A stretch of DNA of 63,078 bases, filler included, from Lenisia limosa (taxonomy: Eukaryota; Protista; Breviatea): NCBI GenBank assembly GCA_001655205.1. It is 10 parts of 10 records of this genome, joined end to end, with 100 filler letters (N's around TTAATTAATTAA, not from the genome) between each part and the next. Parts side by side here need not be neighbours in the genome. Positions count along the whole stretch, not along the records: positions 59,614 to 61,482 come from LPNZ01001487.1; positions 61,583 to 63,078 come from LPNZ01005617.1; 8 more parts are not named here. One strand, 5' to 3'. The position numbers and the translations under genes are program-made. A model generated the notes under the pieces. It was not told where the DNA came from and made no database searches. It was given only the letters and a program-made list of their open reading frames with translations. Numbering within the stretch: the first letter of the stretch is position 1; every line of letters begins with the position of its first letter. Of this stretch, positions 60,686-63,078 are shown one piece after another.

Positions 60686-61883
60686 NNNNNNNNNNNNNNN
60701 NNNNNNNNNNNNNNNNNNNNNNNNNNNNNNNNNNNNNNNNNNNNNNNNNNNNNNNNNNNNNNNNNNNNNNNNNNNNNNNNNNNNNNNNNNNNNNNNNNNN
60801 NNNNNNNNNNNNNNNNNNNNNNNNNNNNNNNNNNNNNNNNNNNNNNNNNNNNNNNNNNNNNNNNNNNNNNNNNNNNNNNNNNNNNNNNNNNNNNNNNNNN
60901 NNNNNNNNNNNNNNNNNNNNNNNNNNNNNNNNNCTGAGCAAAGCTAAAATATTAACACAGCAAAGTATACATGTACATGTAGCTATATTCAATCTAATCG
61001 CTCAATATTGTGTTAATAGGCTATAACACGTACTCTGTGTCACAGTATTTGTGTGTCAATCATATATACATGTATATAGTTAAACTGCGAACATGATTAA
61101 AACCGCGAACAAAAAGGAGGCTTTTCTTTCAATTTTTGAGTTAATAAGCTCCTTATTTACGCCTCTTTCGCATTTTTTTTGCAAAATATCGCTCGAAACA
61201 CTCTTTATACAGGGTTTTATTCAGAAGAATAGGTAGGAGTATCAACATACATGCAAAATACCACCTTCATAGTACTTCAATTTTTCATGCGAAATAGGTG
61301 GGGGGACATGACCGTGTATAGGGACATGACCGTATCCACTTTTATTTTATTTTCTTCAAAACAACACTAATTCAATAACAAATGTTGCGAAGGGGAAAGC
61401 AGTAACTCTCAGTGTATAAAATATCACAAGCTGTATTTTTCAGAAAGGTTCTAATATTACAAACATCAAAGCTCATAAAAGCNNNNNNNNNNNNNNNNNN
61501 NNNNNNNNNNNNNNNNNNNNNNNNNNTTAATTAATTAANNNNNNNNNNNNNNNNNNNNNNNNNNNNNNNNNNNNNNNNNNNNCAGCAATCTCGCCAAAAT
61601 AAAAATGTTGTCATCAACAAATAAAAGTATTGTCATTGTTGTTAGCAACTAGAGTCTCATGACAATTCTCTTAGTTATATGCCATATTTTTAGCAAAATT
61701 TTTCTTATATTTCAAAAAACATCACAGATAGCGGAAAATTCACAGGCGGTAAGAACAACGAATACAATAGGACATTTCTAANNNNNNNNNNNNNNNNNNN
61801 NNNNNNNNNNNNNNNNNNNNNNNNNNNNNNNNNNNNNNNNNNNNNNNNNNNNNNNTGAAACTCTGTACCGACTTTGTAAATAT

Positions 61884-62849
61884 GGAATACGAACGGTTGG
61901 TGTTCTTTTTCCCTAACTCTCGCAAAAACCCATTCAGTAGTGATTTTTCACAAACAATGAATGACTATGCTATCAAACTGAAGGGCGAGATGCTACGACA
62001 ATTGCAGGCGTTTGAAGGACAATTTATATGACACGTAATAGTACATATCATATGCGTATAATATGCATTTATATATCACACCGTTCNNNNNNNNNNNNNN
62101 NNNNNNNNNNNNNNNNNNNNNNNNNNNNNNNNNNNNNNNNNNNNNNNNNNNNNNNNNNNNNNNATTTTTTTTTCAAAAAAAAAAAGTTGCCTAAAAAGTG
62201 TTTTAAAGTGATTTTTGACAACTTCAAAAAAATCAGTGAATTGAATTTTTTTGCGTTTTATCCCATTTTTTTTTGCTTCCCCTTTATTCCTTAATAACGA
62301 CCTATAAAGTTGGCAAAAAAGGTCCCTCCGACAAATTGGTTTTTAAAAGACACAATCCTCAAGAAGCTGTTATCAAATTTTGGAGTGATGGCGACCCATT
62401 CGTGACGAGCACCAAAGGTAAACTTTCTCGGATGTTGGTGTTATTTACGGGACCAGAGCCATATCTCGTTGAAAATATACTATAATTAAATTTGGAAAAA
62501 ATTGCGTGANNNNNNNNNNNNNNNNNNNNNNNNNNNNNNNNNNNNNNNNNNNNNNNNNNNNNNNNNNNNNNNNNNNNNNNNNNNNNNNNNNNNNNNNNNN
62601 NNNNNNNNNNNNNNNNNNNNNNNNNNNNNCTATTTACTCTTTATTTCGTTTGTATTGATGATTTAACAAATAATTTTAGGTGTTTGTGGATTAATATTGC
62701 AGATAGAGATATATTAAATGGTTGTCAACCTTGATCAGTTCTGTGGGAGGTATGACCACTGGAAGGAGCTTCCGGAACATGTGAAGCAGGCATATCTTCT
62801 TTGGCAATGTGAATTGTATGAGCAGGCGCTTGCAATTACCGCAAGCAAG
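61884..62849 (+). CDS. Possible uncharacterised coding exons
   Basis: Open segments MEYERLVFFFPNSRKNPF..., TYKVGKKGPSDKLVFKRHNPQEAVIKFWSDGDPF and FCGRYDHWKELPEHVKQAYLLWQCELYEQALAITASKN (GT-AG bounded). Gaps intervene. Confidence 0.35.
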
Positions 62850-63078
62850 AATGTAAGGGAGTTACTGTTTTAGGTTGACAACATAGGAAACAGTTCGTCT
62901 CAATAAATATACGAAGTATATCCCTGCAATTCGTCATGGTGAAGTGGAGGCCGCAACTCTTCCTCCAATTTACCCCGAAACCTTCTCGCCGTAGAAAGGT
63001 ATCGATTCTGATTATTCCGTTGTACAAAAGATTGCCAGACATTCTCAATTTGCAGTTGGGAAAACCACAGCATATCAT

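Overview
Eukaryotic, very intron-dense protist-type DNA. It is not one continuous locus: nine 100-bp spacers (44 N + TTAATTAATTAA + 44 N) join about ten separate scaffolds (1-18348, 18449-19730, 19831-21243, 21344-37540, 37641-39888, 39989-43617, 43718-57445, 57546-59513, 59614-61482, 61583-63078). Other N runs are internal gaps, mostly beside G/C homopolymers. I rebuilt genes by hand from GT-AG exons, so boundaries are approximate, and family calls rest on remembered motifs, not database searches. Recognisable genes: a voltage-sensor/adenylyl-cyclase fusion of the ACalpha type whose catalytic residues appear substituted, with an antisense spliced gene nested in one of its introns; a RhoGAP; PRPF6; a La-related protein; a large coiled-coil protein; NHP2; an MPPED-type metallophosphoesterase; exportin-6; a cystatin-like gene; an SH3 protein; and a large Cys-rich multi-pass membrane protein. 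Introns carry at least four short dispersed repeat families (hAT-type MITEs with 8-bp TSDs, Tc1/mariner-type TA-flanked MITEs and two unclassified families). Many introns begin with G-runs and end with C-runs, and several tandem duplications straddle splice sites. No rRNA, tRNA or CRISPR array was found.
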